Positions 38,955 through 48,640 are shown, counted from the stretch's first letter. The stretch is DNA of 64,000 nt from a bacterium (GCA_965207065.1 OZ242260.1:2641526-2705525); one strand, 5' to 3'. The notes: generated by a model not told the origin, from the sequence alone. Translations and numbers: made by a program.

Positions 38955-41561
38955 ATGTTCCGCCAACTGGAATATCAGGATCGAGTTCTTGCGACGCTCG
39001 ATACTTATATTGACCAACTTAGGGCTAGGAAACTGGAAGCCGATGAGATTGCGGAACTGGCGGCAAGCAAGCCGCATTTGGCCGTGCCGATCCCCGATTT
39101 CACATATGAGGCATGGGAAGCTTTAAAAGCAGAAGGCAAGTTGCCTACCTCGCGTGCTGCGATCCCGTTTTCGCCACGTGAAGACGGGTGTGGTCGTCCG
39201 GTTCCGAACGTGGTGCTTAAAGTACCGACAGGCGGCGGCAAGACTTGGTTAGCCGTCTCCGGACTCTCACACATCATGGGCCGCTATCTCGAAAGGAACA
39301 CGGGCTTTGTGTTGTGGGTCGTGCCGAACGAAGCGATATACAGCCAAACACTTAAGCATTTGAAAGACCGACAGCATCCTTATCGACAAATGCTCGACCG
39401 CGCGGCAGCCGGGCGTGTTCGAGTCATGGAGAAAATTGACCGCCTCGATGCGCGGGACGTGGAAACTAACCTCTGTGTCATGCTACTGATGCTTCAATCG
39501 GCAAACCGGAAGTCTCAGGAATCACTAAAGATGTTTCAGGATCGGGGAGACGTGCACGGCTTCTTTCCGCCCGAAGGCGAACAGCAGGCGCACAGGGAAG
39601 TGCTGGAGAGGACGCAAAACCTCGCTGCTTATAGCGGTATCTTCCAGATGGTGAAAGATTCACTCGGCAACGCTTTGCGGATCATTCGCCCTGTTATGGT
39701 GCTGGATGAGGGACATCGGGCGATCTCCGATCTGGCATTTAAGACGCTCTATGGGTTTAACCCATGTTTCGTACTGGAACTGACGGCGACCCCGCAAGAC
39801 GTGCAGCCGCGCGGCGGTCAGAACCCGAGGGAGGGGCGCTATGCCAACCTGCTTGTTGAGGTGTCAGGTCGGGAACTGGACCGCGAGGGCATGATTAAGA
39901 TGCCGCTTAATCTTGAGCCCAGGCAGGGTACCGATTGGCGGTCAACCCTCAACGCTGCGCTCGCGAAGTTGGACACACTCCATAACAAAGCAAAAAATTT
40001 ACGTGCCAATACCAATCGTTTTATTCGCCCGATCATGCTGGTTCAGGTCGAACGCACCGGAGCAGATCAGAGGGAAAGCGGTCATATTCACGCAGAGGAT
40101 GTTAGCGACTGTCTCTTGGCAGCCGGATTCGATGACGCGGAGATTGCCATCAAAACGGCTGAGCAGAATGACCTGAAACAACCGGAGAACCAGAACCTTC
40201 TTTCGCCTACCAACCGTGTGAGAGCGATCATCACGAAGCAGGCGCTCCAGGAAGGCTGGGACTGCCCGTTTGCCTACGTGCTTTGCGCATTGGCAGCAAA
40301 CACGAACCTTAATGCCATGACCCAACTTGTGGGTCGTATCCTTCGCCAGCCAGGCGCAATCAAGACTGGCGTCGAAGCGCTTGACGAGTGCCATATCATC
40401 ACACACCACGCCGAAACCGCTTCTGTAGTGGAAGCGATCAAGGCTGGGTTGGAACAAGACGGACTTGGCGATCTCGTGCTTCAGGTCTCTCAGGATGATA
40501 CAAGTGAACCAAAGAGCGAGTCGCGAAAGATCAAACGACGCTCCGACTTCGAGTACACGGAAATCTACCTACCAAAAGCTATGGTCGTGGAGAATGGCGA
40601 GTCGCGGGAACTAGATTACGAGACCGACGTTTTGTCCCGTATCGACTGGCGCGATTTCAACCCTAAGGAGATCGCGGCTCGCATTCCCGAGAACGCACAG
40701 GCGGTTGAGAACCAATTGCAACGCATCGGGTTGGCCGAGGATGGGGATGAGCCCTTTGTCGGCGAAATTGTTTCGAGAAACAGTGAAGTTTTGACATTCG
40801 ATCCGGTACATGCGGTGCGTATGATACTAGATATCATACAGAACCCCTTTGTGGGGCACGAAATCGTAGATCGGCTTCTTGCAGAGCTTTCTAGCCGCGG
40901 ATTCGACAACAAGAAATTAGGACAACTTGACGGGCTAATCGTTGAAGAACTACGTAAAAGATTGAATATCGAGCGTGACGCACGTGCCGAAGCTCTGTTC
41001 AAAGACAGTGTGACGACAGGGCACATCCAGTTCCGACTGCGTTTGGACGGCAAAAACTGGCGAATGCCCTTCCAGATCGAAACGACCGAATCGGACACGG
41101 CACGTCAGCTTGTGAGCAAGACAGGTGGTCCTTTGGAGAAGAGCCTGTTCGCACCAATCTATGAGAACGAGTTGAACAGCGACGAGCGAGAAGTAGCTGT
41201 CTATCTCGACAGCGAGGAGACATTGACCTGGTGGCACCGTAACGTCGCACGCAAGCAGTATGGAATACAGGGCTGGAAAAAGGGGATAATCTATCCTGAC
41301 TTCATCTTTGCTGGGAAAATGGTGGATGGTAAATCAAGATTGTTTGTTCTGGAAACAAAAGGCGACTATCTCGATAATTTGGATACAAAGTACAAACGCA
41401 AATTGCTAGATCTTATGTCCGAGAATTTTTCATGGGACAATACGATACAAGCTGGAGAACTGGCACTCGTTCAAGAAAATGGCGAAACTGTTCAGTGCGC
41501 ATTGGTGTTGATGAGCGAATGGAGAACGGAATTGCCGGAACTATTAAATCAAACTAAATGA
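38955..41561 (+). CDS. res: Type III restriction helicase/endonuclease (Res)
   Basis: VPTGGGKT, DEGH, LTATP, ALQEGWDCP, C-terminal PDF..LETKG nuclease motif; 8 bp after mod. Confidence 0.92.
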   Translation: MFRQLEYQDRVLATLDTYIDQLRARKLEADEIAELAASKPHLAVPIPDFTYEAWEALKAEGKLPTSRAAIPFSPREDGCGRPVPNVVLKVPTGGGKTWLAVSGLSHIMGRYLERNTGFVLWVVPNEAIYSQTLKHLKDRQHPYRQMLDRAAAGRVRVMEKIDRLDARDVETNLCVMLLMLQSANRKSQESLKMFQDRGDVHGFFPPEGEQQAHREVLERTQNLAAYSGIFQMVKDSLGNALRIIRPVMVLDEGHRAISDLAFKTLYGFNPCFVLELTATPQDVQPRGGQNPREGRYANLLVEVSGRELDREGMIKMPLNLEPRQGTDWRSTLNAALAKLDTLHNKAKNLRANTNRFIRPIMLVQVERTGADQRESGHIHAEDVSDCLLAAGFDDAEIAIKTAEQNDLKQPENQNLLSPTNRVRAIITKQALQEGWDCPFAYVLCALAANTNLNAMTQLVGRILRQPGAIKTGVEALDECHIITHHAETASVVEAIKAGLEQDGLGDLVLQVSQDDTSEPKSESRKIKRRSDFEYTEIYLPKAMVVENGESRELDYETDVLSRIDWRDFNPKEIAARIPENAQAVENQLQRIGLAEDGDEPFVGEIVSRNSEVLTFDPVHAVRMILDIIQNPFVGHEIVDRLLAELSSRGFDNKKLGQLDGLIVEELRKRLNIERDARAEALFKDSVTTGHIQFRLRLDGKNWRMPFQIETTESDTARQLVSKTGGPLEKSLFAPIYENELNSDEREVAVYLDSEETLTWWHRNVARKQYGIQGWKKGIIYPDFIFAGKMVDGKSRLFVLETKGDYLDNLDTKYKRKLLDLMSENFSWDNTIQAGELALVQENGETVQCALVLMSEWRTELPELLNQTK

Positions 41562-41611
41562 TTATTTCAGACGTCATAAAGTTATTCTTCGCATATCCTT
41601 TCCCATAAAAT

Positions 41612-42073
41612 CCGCATTTCCCCGCAATTGCCGTACTCCCCCCAATCCCGCCCTGCGCTATCGTGCGCGCGTCGCGGGAAAACGATTTCTCCCGCATGAG
41701 TCGGCATTGAACTGGCGGTAGAGGGGTAATCATGGAATCAGGTGCAGGGGCGAAAATGATGACGGCAATTTCAACCGCATTGGCCTGGTTCGGCCTCGAT
41801 TCTCTCTCGGGTTTCATCACCATGAGCAGGGGAGGGGTATTCGTGGACCTGGGGCTCGCAATGAATATGCAAATAATCATATTTTCCGTAAAATTAGATA
41901 AATTCACGGGGTTTTTCGATAAATATCTGAAAGCGAACGGCAAGGAAATCGAGGGAGTAACCGATATTATTTCAGTCGGTTACGAGAATGGATTCAAGCA
42001 GAAGGTGAATAGTTTTTCGAATTTTATCGAATAAAAAAAGTTTTTTCGGACCCCGCATTTCCCCGCAACTGCC
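41612..42073. repeat. 21-bp direct repeats bracketing an AT-richer 420-bp segment
   Basis: CCGCATTTCCCCGCAATTGCC at 41612-41632 and CCGCATTTCCCCGCAACTGCC at 42053-42073 (1 mismatch); a related motif at about 44279. Confidence 0.7.
41867..41924 (+). repeat. AT-rich element, copy 1
   Basis: ATGCAAATAAT...AGATAAATTCACGGGGTTTTTCGATAAAT; inverted copy at 44394-44458. Confidence 0.75.
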
Positions 42074-42172
42074 CACATTTCCTCACGCCCAAAAGCGCTG
42101 TTAGCATAGCGGCGTCCTGCCCCTTGCGGTATGGTGGCCCCCAACCATCCACTTACATATAGGGAACGCGAC

Positions 42173-43186
42173 ATGAAAGTAGGGCTCTTCATCACCAACC
42201 AGCAGCACCTGGAAACCGACATGGTCAGCGCCCTGGACGAGCAGTACGCCATGGTGCGCCTCGCGCGCGACAAGGGCTGGGATTCGCTCTTCACCGGGCA
42301 GCACTACCTGAACGAGGGCGACAACAAGCAGCTCCAGATCGTGCCGTTCCTCGCGCGCCTGCAGGCCGAAGCGGGCGAGATGACGCTCGGGCTCGGCATC
42401 CTGCTCATCAACCTGCACAACCCGGTCTACGTGGCCGAGACGGTGGCGACGATGGACGTGCTCTGCCGGGGGAACTTCGTGTTCGGCATCGGGCTGGGCT
42501 ACCGCAAGGCGGAGTTCGACGCCTTCCAGGTGCCGAAGGGCCAGCGCGTGCGCCGCTTCGAGGAGTGTCTCGAACTCGTGAAGCGCCTCTGGACGGAAGA
42601 GGAGGTGACCTGGGAGGATGAGATCTGCAAGCTCGACGGCGTGCGCATGAACATCCGCCCCGTGCAGAAGCCATATCCACCGATATGGGTGGCGGCCAAT
42701 AATGACAAGGCCATCGAGCGCGCCGCGCGCATCGGCGACAACTGGTTCATCAACCCGCATTCGACCACGGCGACCATCAAGCGGCAGATGACGCTCTACC
42801 GCGCGGAACTGGAGCGGTGCGGCAAGCCGTTCCCGGCGGATTTCCCCTGCATGAAGGAGATTTTCTGCAGCCGCGACAGGAAGACCGCCCTCGAGATGGC
42901 GGGGCCGTATCTGTTCGGCAAGTACCAGGATTACGCCAAGTGGGGGCAGGACGACGCCATGCCCGATGATGAGAGCTTCGATCAGGAATTCGACGATTTG
43001 CTGAAAGATCGCTTCATCATCGGCTCGCCCGAGGAGTGCTACGAGCAGCTTCGCCCCTACTGGGAGGAGGTGGGCATGAGCCATCTCATCATCCGTACGC
43101 ACTGGGCGGGAATGCCGCTCTCCACGGCGCTCCACAGCATGCGGATGATCTCGGACGAACTTATCCCGGAGCTCAGGAAGATTTGA
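42173..43186 (+). CDS. LLM-class flavin-dependent oxidoreductase
   Basis: WDSLFTGQHY, HNPVYVAETVATMD, GIGLGYR, PPIWVAA. Confidence 0.9.
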   Translation: MKVGLFITNQQHLETDMVSALDEQYAMVRLARDKGWDSLFTGQHYLNEGDNKQLQIVPFLARLQAEAGEMTLGLGILLINLHNPVYVAETVATMDVLCRGNFVFGIGLGYRKAEFDAFQVPKGQRVRRFEECLELVKRLWTEEEVTWEDEICKLDGVRMNIRPVQKPYPPIWVAANNDKAIERAARIGDNWFINPHSTTATIKRQMTLYRAELERCGKPFPADFPCMKEIFCSRDRKTALEMAGPYLFGKYQDYAKWGQDDAMPDDESFDQEFDDLLKDRFIIGSPEECYEQLRPYWEEVGMSHLIIRTHWAGMPLSTALHSMRMISDELIPELRKI

Positions 43187-43270
43187 GGGATTCCGTGCAC
43201 GCCGGGCGGAATCATGGTATAGTGGAAGCATAGAAAAACAGCGCATGACCGCAAAAAGTGGGGGATCGAA

Positions 43271-43792
43271 ATGTCTGAAAAAAAGATGATATCCTTCGTT
43301 CTCAACGGAGAGCCCGTCGAGGTGATGGTTCCCGTAAACCGCTATCTGGTGGACCTCATCCGCGAGGATTTGGACATGATGGGCACCAAGCGCGCCTGCG
43401 ATCAGGGCGCGTGCGGGTCCTGCTCGATCATCATGGATGGGGATCTCATCAGTGCCTGCCTCGTCCTGGCGGTGCGCGCTGACGGCGCGAACGTCGAGAC
43501 CATAGAAGGCCTCGGCGGCCTCGAGGACTTGCATCCCTTACAAGCCGCATTCGCTTCCTACGGCGCCACGCAGTGCGGCTATTGCACGCCGGGGATGATC
43601 ATCTCGGCCAAAAAGCTGCTCGATGAAAACCCCGACCCCTCAGAGTCCGAGATTCAGCACTGGCTCACCGGAAACCTCTGCCGCTGCACGGGGTATCGCC
43701 AGATCATCTCGGCGATTCGCGCCGTGGCCGAGGGCAGAACCGAACCCGAATCCCCCATCACGGTTCCCACGGTGAAGGCCTACGACGACTGA
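43271..43792 (+). CDS. [2Fe-2S]-binding protein (CoxS/XdhC small-subunit family)
   Basis: GTKRACDQGACGSC, QCGYCTPG, GNLCRCTGY. Confidence 0.93.
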   Translation: MSEKKMISFVLNGEPVEVMVPVNRYLVDLIREDLDMMGTKRACDQGACGSCSIIMDGDLISACLVLAVRADGANVETIEGLGGLEDLHPLQAAFASYGATQCGYCTPGMIISAKKLLDENPDPSESEIQHWLTGNLCRCTGYRQIISAIRAVAEGRTEPESPITVPTVKAYDD

Positions 43793-43820
43793 TCCCTCAC
43801 CTCCGGTAAAGGAGGCCGCC

Positions 43821-44276
43821 ATGAAACAAATGATCGAACACGTCGCCCTGCGCGTCACGAATCTCGATAAATCCATCGCGTTCTACCGAGACGTGATGGG
43901 CTTCAAGCCCGTCGGACGCCGGCTCATCCACAATGGGGAGATCGATCAGGTTGTCTTCCGCGTGGGGGAGGACATTCTCGTCCTGTTTCACGCTAAGGAT
44001 TTCGTGTCCGATGACGTCGAGGTGAAAGGCGGGATGGACCATCTCGCGTTTTGCATGGACGATGCCGAATACAACAATGTAATCAATCGTTTACGAGAGA
44101 GCGGCCGGGAACCTCACCGGGGCGAGGAGAAGAACCTGGGCGCTTTCGGCGTAGGCTACGCCACCTATTTCTACGATCCCGACAACGTCGAACTCGAGAT
44201 CAAGCGCTATGACGATCCTCCCGAACAGCCTGGTCCCGAGTGGTACGAGAGCGGGCGGAAGATGAGCGTCTCCTAG
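43821..44276 (+). CDS. VOC/glyoxalase family protein
   Basis: IEHVALRVTNLDKSIAFY, DHLAF, YFYDPDNVELE. Confidence 0.88.
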   Translation: MKQMIEHVALRVTNLDKSIAFYRDVMGFKPVGRRLIHNGEIDQVVFRVGEDILVLFHAKDFVSDDVEVKGGMDHLAFCMDDAEYNNVINRLRESGREPHRGEEKNLGAFGVGYATYFYDPDNVELEIKRYDDPPEQPGPEWYESGRKMSVS

Positions 44277-44393
44277 GCGCAACTCCCCGCAGTTCCGCGC
44301 ATTTGCCGTCATCGCAGAAGGCGCGGAACATGGCAGAATCCTCATGCGTCGCGGTTCTGCGGCGTCATGTCCCAGCAAAATAAATTGTCGGTA

Positions 44394-44458
44394 ATTTATC
44401 GAAATACCCCGTGAATTTATCTGAATTTATCGATATTTCCGGAAATTATTATTTGCAT
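44394..44458 (-). repeat. AT-rich element, copy 2 (inverted)
   Basis: The reverse complement matches 41896-41924 at 28 of 29 nt and also contains ATGCAAATAAT. Confidence 0.75.
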
Positions 44459-44599
44459 TATCAGCTTCTCCACATCGCTTGAGTGTACGACCGCAGCCGT
44501 CTATCCGCATCGTCCTCAGTCCTGAAAAAACGAGGGCTTCGGACGGTTTCTCCGGCATGTCCGTCGCCGCGTAAAAAACCATGACGCCGATTACAAGGA

Positions 44600-44745
44600 A
44601 ATGCGTTGGTCGAATCCGACCGAGGAGGTAGGTCGCACCTGATCGAGAAGGGAGGACGAACCCGACTGAGCAAGGAGGGTTCGCCGACTGAGCAAGGAGG
44701 GTTCGCCGACTGGGGAGGGTCAGGCTTTTCCGGGGAGGGGATGGC
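44600..44745. ncRNA. Candidate sRNA: array of short hairpins with GGAGG (plus) / CCUCC (minus) loops, including a 22-bp tandem repeat
   Basis: CGACC-GAGGAGGTA-GGTCG at 44617-44635; CCGACTGAGCAAGGAGGGTTCG x2.3 at 44662-44712; GCCGAC-TGGGAGG-GTC(A)GGC at 44705-44724. Confidence 0.4.
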
Positions 44746-44803
44746 TGCGCATTAAGAGTGAGGAACAAGAGATCGCCGACCGGGGCGGCGACCTCCCGCG
44801 TCT

Positions 44804-45799
44804 TCAGGCTCGTCCGCCCGCCCGCTCGAAAATTTCCTGCAGCTCACCTGAATCCTGCGTGTGCGCCAGCGCCACCATCAGCAGTGTCCGGGCCTTGATG
44901 CCGCTCAGATAGCCTGCCGATATCGCCCCGCGCTCGATCAGGCTGCGGAAAGAGCCCTCGTGCGCCTTGGCGCGGTGTGGCGCGCCGGCGAAGATGCGCA
45001 CCCCGATCACCACGGGGATGCCCGCATCGAGTGCGTCGCACAGGGCGTGGTGGAAGGGCACGTTCACGTTGCCCGCGCCGACGCCCTCCACCACGACGCC
45101 GTCCACGCGCTCTTTGATGCACGCGCGCACGAGCATGTCGTTCACTCCCTGGGTCACGGTGAGGAACTGCACGTTTTCGCGCAAAGAATCCACGTCGAAG
45201 TGAAGACGCCGCTCCGGGCGGTAGTGGAAGAAGACGCCCTCATCCGAAACCACGCCGATGGGCCCGCCGTCTCTCGACGCAAAGGCATGGGGCCGCTGAC
45301 TGTGCACCTTGATGACGTCGCGCGCGGCGAATATCTCGCCGTCCAGCGCGACCATCACGCCCCGGCCCCGCGCCTCGGGGGAAGCCGCTATCTTCGCGGC
45401 GTAGAAGATGTTCCGGGGTCCGTCCGCATCGCGGGCGACGGAGTTGCGCATCGCGCCCGTGATCACGACGGGCTTCTCCCCGCCCAGTGTCAGGTCCAGG
45501 AGATAGGCCGTCTCCTCCATCGTGGCCGTCCCGTGCGTGACCACGGCCCCCGCCGTTTCCTCATCCGCCAGAATACCGCGCAGGCGGTCGCGGAGGCCGA
45601 AGGCGGTAGCCGTCTCCATCACGTCGCTGGTGACGTTCGAATGCTCGACGACGCGCACCTGGGCCGCACCCTCAAGTTCGGGAACGGACGCGATCAACTC
45701 TTCTGCGCTCGCCGCGGGTACGTTCTCGCCCCCGCGCGTGTCGTATTTCGATGAAATCGTTCCCCCGGTCGTCACTATCGCAATGGAAGGCTTGCTCAT
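44804..45799 (-). CDS. Asparaginase/glutaminase family amidohydrolase
   Basis: TTGGTI, HGTATMEETAY, ITGAMR, DGPRN, KVHS, GVGAGN. Confidence 0.88.
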   Translation of the reverse strand: MSKPSIAIVTTGGTISSKYDTRGGENVPAASAEELIASVPELEGAAQVRVVEHSNVTSDVMETATAFGLRDRLRGILADEETAGAVVTHGTATMEETAYLLDLTLGGEKPVVITGAMRNSVARDADGPRNIFYAAKIAASPEARGRGVMVALDGEIFAARDVIKVHSQRPHAFASRDGGPIGVVSDEGVFFHYRPERRLHFDVDSLRENVQFLTVTQGVNDMLVRACIKERVDGVVVEGVGAGNVNVPFHHALCDALDAGIPVVIGVRIFAGAPHRAKAHEGSFRSLIERGAISAGYLSGIKARTLLMVALAHTQDSGELQEIFERAGGRA

Positions 45800-45970
45800 G
45801 GCGTCTCCCTTTTCGTTTCTTGAAGTACGGTTCGTGAATGGCCGCTGTGTTCCTGAGATGAGGCGAGCGCATTGTGGCCCCGCAAGGGGACGACCGCAAG
45901 GCTGGGTGGAAGGTCGCTGGTCGCCTGTTCCAGATGGTCGTCATTCCGTTGTCAATTCCAACCTTGGAGG

Positions 45971-46473
45971 GGTTGTTGAATAAGCCTTTGTTAAGGGAGC
46001 GAACGCTCCCTCCCCGGTTGCGTTCGCCCCAACCCCCCTTGTCAGGGCTGTTGAAAAAGCCCCGATTTCTTGATTCCAAGTATGAAGCCGACTTGGGAGG
46101 GATGAAACTTTACTCCTTCCTTGTAAAGCGCCAACCAACCACTCCCCCCTTGAGGGGGAGTCGCAGAAGCCGAGCGGTTTGTGCGAAGGCTGATGCGGTG
46201 GGGGGTAAAATGCGTTTTCTTGCCATTCCGAATCATACCCCCCACCAGTTCACTTTCGGGCTTACGCCCTCAGTTCACTGACTCCCCCTCAAGGGGGGAG
46301 TGAACTTCAAAGGCGTTCGCGCAACCCAGATTCGCTGGTCGGGAGTTTTTCAACAGCCCCTTGTCAGGGGGGCTTTTTTTCTTACCCCCCTGTCAAGGGG
46401 GGTAGGGGGGGTGCTTTTCCAGTCGAGAGGGGCGTCCCCTCTACCCCCTGAAAAGAGGGGTTTTTCAACAACC
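45971..46473. mobile_element. Outer MITE-like element with 9-bp TSD CCTTGGAGG
   Basis: Ends GGTTGTTGAA and TTCAACAACC; identical CCTTGGAGG at 45962-45970 and 46474-46482. Confidence 0.8.
46046..46358. mobile_element. Inner nested MITE-like element with 9-bp TSD CCTTGTCAG
   Basis: Ends GGCTGTTGAAAAA and TTTTTCAACAGCC; identical CCTTGTCAG at 46037-46045 and 46359-46367. Carries the ACTCCCCC-palindrome element at 46141-46301. Confidence 0.82.
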
Positions 46474-46656
46474 CCTTGGAGGGAAGTCTTGCGGTTTTGC
46501 TTTTGTAGGGGCGGCTCGCGAGCCGCCCTTATGGTTTATGAATCGACCCTGTGCAGAGTCGCTTCTTGCTTATGTCCCCTCAATGGCGAAAAATGAGTAT
46601 GGGCGAGGCGGCCTATGAGCGACCTCGGCCCAACTCGCCGTCTTTGAGGAAGTGTA

Positions 46657-47148
46657 ATGTCGATGTCCTTTGGCTACTGGCTGCGTCTGGCCTGCGCCGT
46701 CTGGGTCGGCGTGATGGCCGGGTTTTTCTTCGCGTTCTCCTTCGTGGTGATGCCCGGCCTCTCGGTGATGGAGCCGCTTGCCGCCCTGGCTTCCATGCAG
46801 GCGATCAACCTGGCCGTCAGGAACGCCGTTTTCGCGCTCGTCTTTTTCGGCGCCTTGATACTTTGCATCGGCGTTGCGCTTCACGCGCTGATCCGCCGCG
46901 ACGCCCCCGCGTGGCGGCTCGCACTTTCCGCCGCCCTCATCTACCTGGTCGGCGCCTTCGGCGTGACAATGCTTTTCAACGTTCCCTTGAACGCCGAGAT
47001 CGCGCCTTTGGATCCCGCCCGGCACGAAAACGCCGGGGCGATGGTCGCCTATATCTCGCAATGGACGCTCTGGAACCACGTCCGCACCCTCGCGAGCCTC
47101 GCGGCGTTCGTTCTGCTGCTGTTGAGCCTGCGGTCTTGGAAAGAATGA
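46657..47148 (+). CDS. DUF1772 / anthrone oxygenase family membrane protein
   Basis: MAGFFFAFSFVVMPGL, MQAIN, FNVPLN, WTLWNHVRT. Confidence 0.88.
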   Translation: MSMSFGYWLRLACAVWVGVMAGFFFAFSFVVMPGLSVMEPLAALASMQAINLAVRNAVFALVFFGALILCIGVALHALIRRDAPAWRLALSAALIYLVGAFGVTMLFNVPLNAEIAPLDPARHENAGAMVAYISQWTLWNHVRTLASLAAFVLLLLSLRSWKE

Positions 47149-47329
47149 TGGGTACTGACCCGTGCCTGCGTGGTGAGTGGTTCCCGAACACAGGGACAAC
47201 TCTCTCGAGTTCTCCCGCCCGTGCCCGAAGTAAGCTGTGAGACCGGCGCAGTATACCTCCGGTGCGGCAGAATCACCCCACCCCTGCGCCCGGGCCGGTT
47301 TCCCGCCGCCGTCTCCACTGAGGTAACCC

Positions 47330-48640
47330 GTGCTGGATATCCTCGCCGACCGCACCTATCGCCATCTTTTCGCAGCACAGGTCACGGCCCTTGTGGGCAC
47401 GGGGCTCGCCACGATTGCGCTGGGCCTTCTCGCCTACGACCTCGCGGATGAAGAGGCGGCGATGGTGCTCGGCGCCGTCTTCACCATCAAGATGGTGGCC
47501 TACGTCGGGGTCGCGCCCATCGCAGGCGCCTTCGCCGGCCGGGTCCCGCGCCGGGCGCTGCTCGTGGCGCTCGATATCGTGCGCGCCGCCGCGGCCCTCG
47601 CATTGCCCTTCGTGACGCAGGTCTGGCAGCTCTACCTCCTGATCTTCGTCCTTCAATCGGCCTCCGCCGCCTTCACCCCGACCTTCCAGGCGACGATTCC
47701 GGACGTGCTGCCCGAAGAATCCCGCTACACCCGCGCGCTGTCGCTCTCACGCCTCGCCTACGACCTCGAGAACATCTTCAGCCCGACCCTGGCGGCGCTG
47801 CTTCTGGCGGTGATGTCCTATGACGCCCTGTTCATCGGCACGGTGGCCGGATTTCTCGCCTCGGCTTTGCTGGTCCTCTCGGTGATTCTGCCGAGTCCTG
47901 CGACTGCGGCCACACGAGGCGTCTACGAGCGCACGACCCGCGGGGTCCGCATCTATCTCGCCACGCCCCGGCTCCGTGGACTCCTGGCGCTGAATCTCGC
48001 TGCGGCGGCTGCGGGCGCGATGGTGCTGGTCAACACCGTTGTGCTGGTGCGAAGCGGCCTGGGGTTGGGCGAGAGCGCCGTGGCATGGGCGATGGGCGCA
48101 TTCGGAGGAGGTTCGATGCTCTCCGCGTTCGTCCTTCCGCGTCTGCTGGACCGGGCGCCGGAGCGGGTGGTGATGCTGACGGGCGCGGCGCTGATGATCA
48201 CGGGCCTGTGTGCGCTTGCCGTGATCATCCCGAGCGTCGGGCTCTCCTGGCCCCTCCTGCTCGGCGCATGGGTCACGGTAGGTATCGGCTATTCCGGCGT
48301 ACTCACGCCGTCGGGGCGGCTTCTGCGGCGCTCCTCGAATCCCGGGGACCGGCCCGCCCTCTTCGCGGCGCAGTTCGCGCTCAGCCATGCCTGCTGGCTG
48401 ATGACCTACCCGCTCTCGGGCTGGTTGATGACAGCCTTTGGAGCGTTCGCCGCACTCGCCGGATTGAGCGCGCTGGCTCTCCTCGGCGCGGTGCTCGCAT
48501 TGCGCCTGTGGCCGAACTCCGATCCGCTCGAGATAGCGCATCGTCATGACGACCTCCCGCCCGGTCATCCGCACCTGCGCGGCGGGCGCGAACACGTTCA
48601 TCCATATGTGATCGATGATTTGCACAGGCGCTGGCCATAG
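47330..48640 (+). CDS. nreB: MFS transporter, NreB-like with His-rich C-terminus
   Basis: LFAAQVTALVGTGLAT, AAQFALSHACWL, HRHDDLPPGHPHL...HVHPYVIDDLH tail. Confidence 0.8.
   Translation: MLDILADRTYRHLFAAQVTALVGTGLATIALGLLAYDLADEEAAMVLGAVFTIKMVAYVGVAPIAGAFAGRVPRRALLVALDIVRAAAALALPFVTQVWQLYLLIFVLQSASAAFTPTFQATIPDVLPEESRYTRALSLSRLAYDLENIFSPTLAALLLAVMSYDALFIGTVAGFLASALLVLSVILPSPATAATRGVYERTTRGVRIYLATPRLRGLLALNLAAAAAGAMVLVNTVVLVRSGLGLGESAVAWAMGAFGGGSMLSAFVLPRLLDRAPERVVMLTGAALMITGLCALAVIIPSVGLSWPLLLGAWVTVGIGYSGVLTPSGRLLRRSSNPGDRPALFAAQFALSHACWLMTYPLSGWLMTAFGAFAALAGLSALALLGAVLALRLWPNSDPLEIAHRHDDLPPGHPHLRGGREHVHPYVIDDLHRRWP

Noticed and set aside
41732-42034. 100-aa ORF downstream of res
   Set aside because: No recognisable motif, and it runs through the AT-rich repeat element. 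It cannot be excluded but is unsupported.
44662-44712. 22-bp direct repeats as a mini-CRISPR
   Set aside because: The units are contiguous with no spacers, there are only 2.3 copies, and no cas genes are in the window.
44427-44768. 113-aa minus-strand ORF over the hairpin array
   Set aside because: No RBS or motif; it crosses the tandem repeat and the AT-rich element, so the region is better explained as non-coding.
46042-46245. Small ORFs MGGMIRNG... (also 50668-50859 and 52338-52523) as a protein family
   Set aside because: They are translations of the repeated 117-bp core; stops differ between copies and no RBS is conserved.
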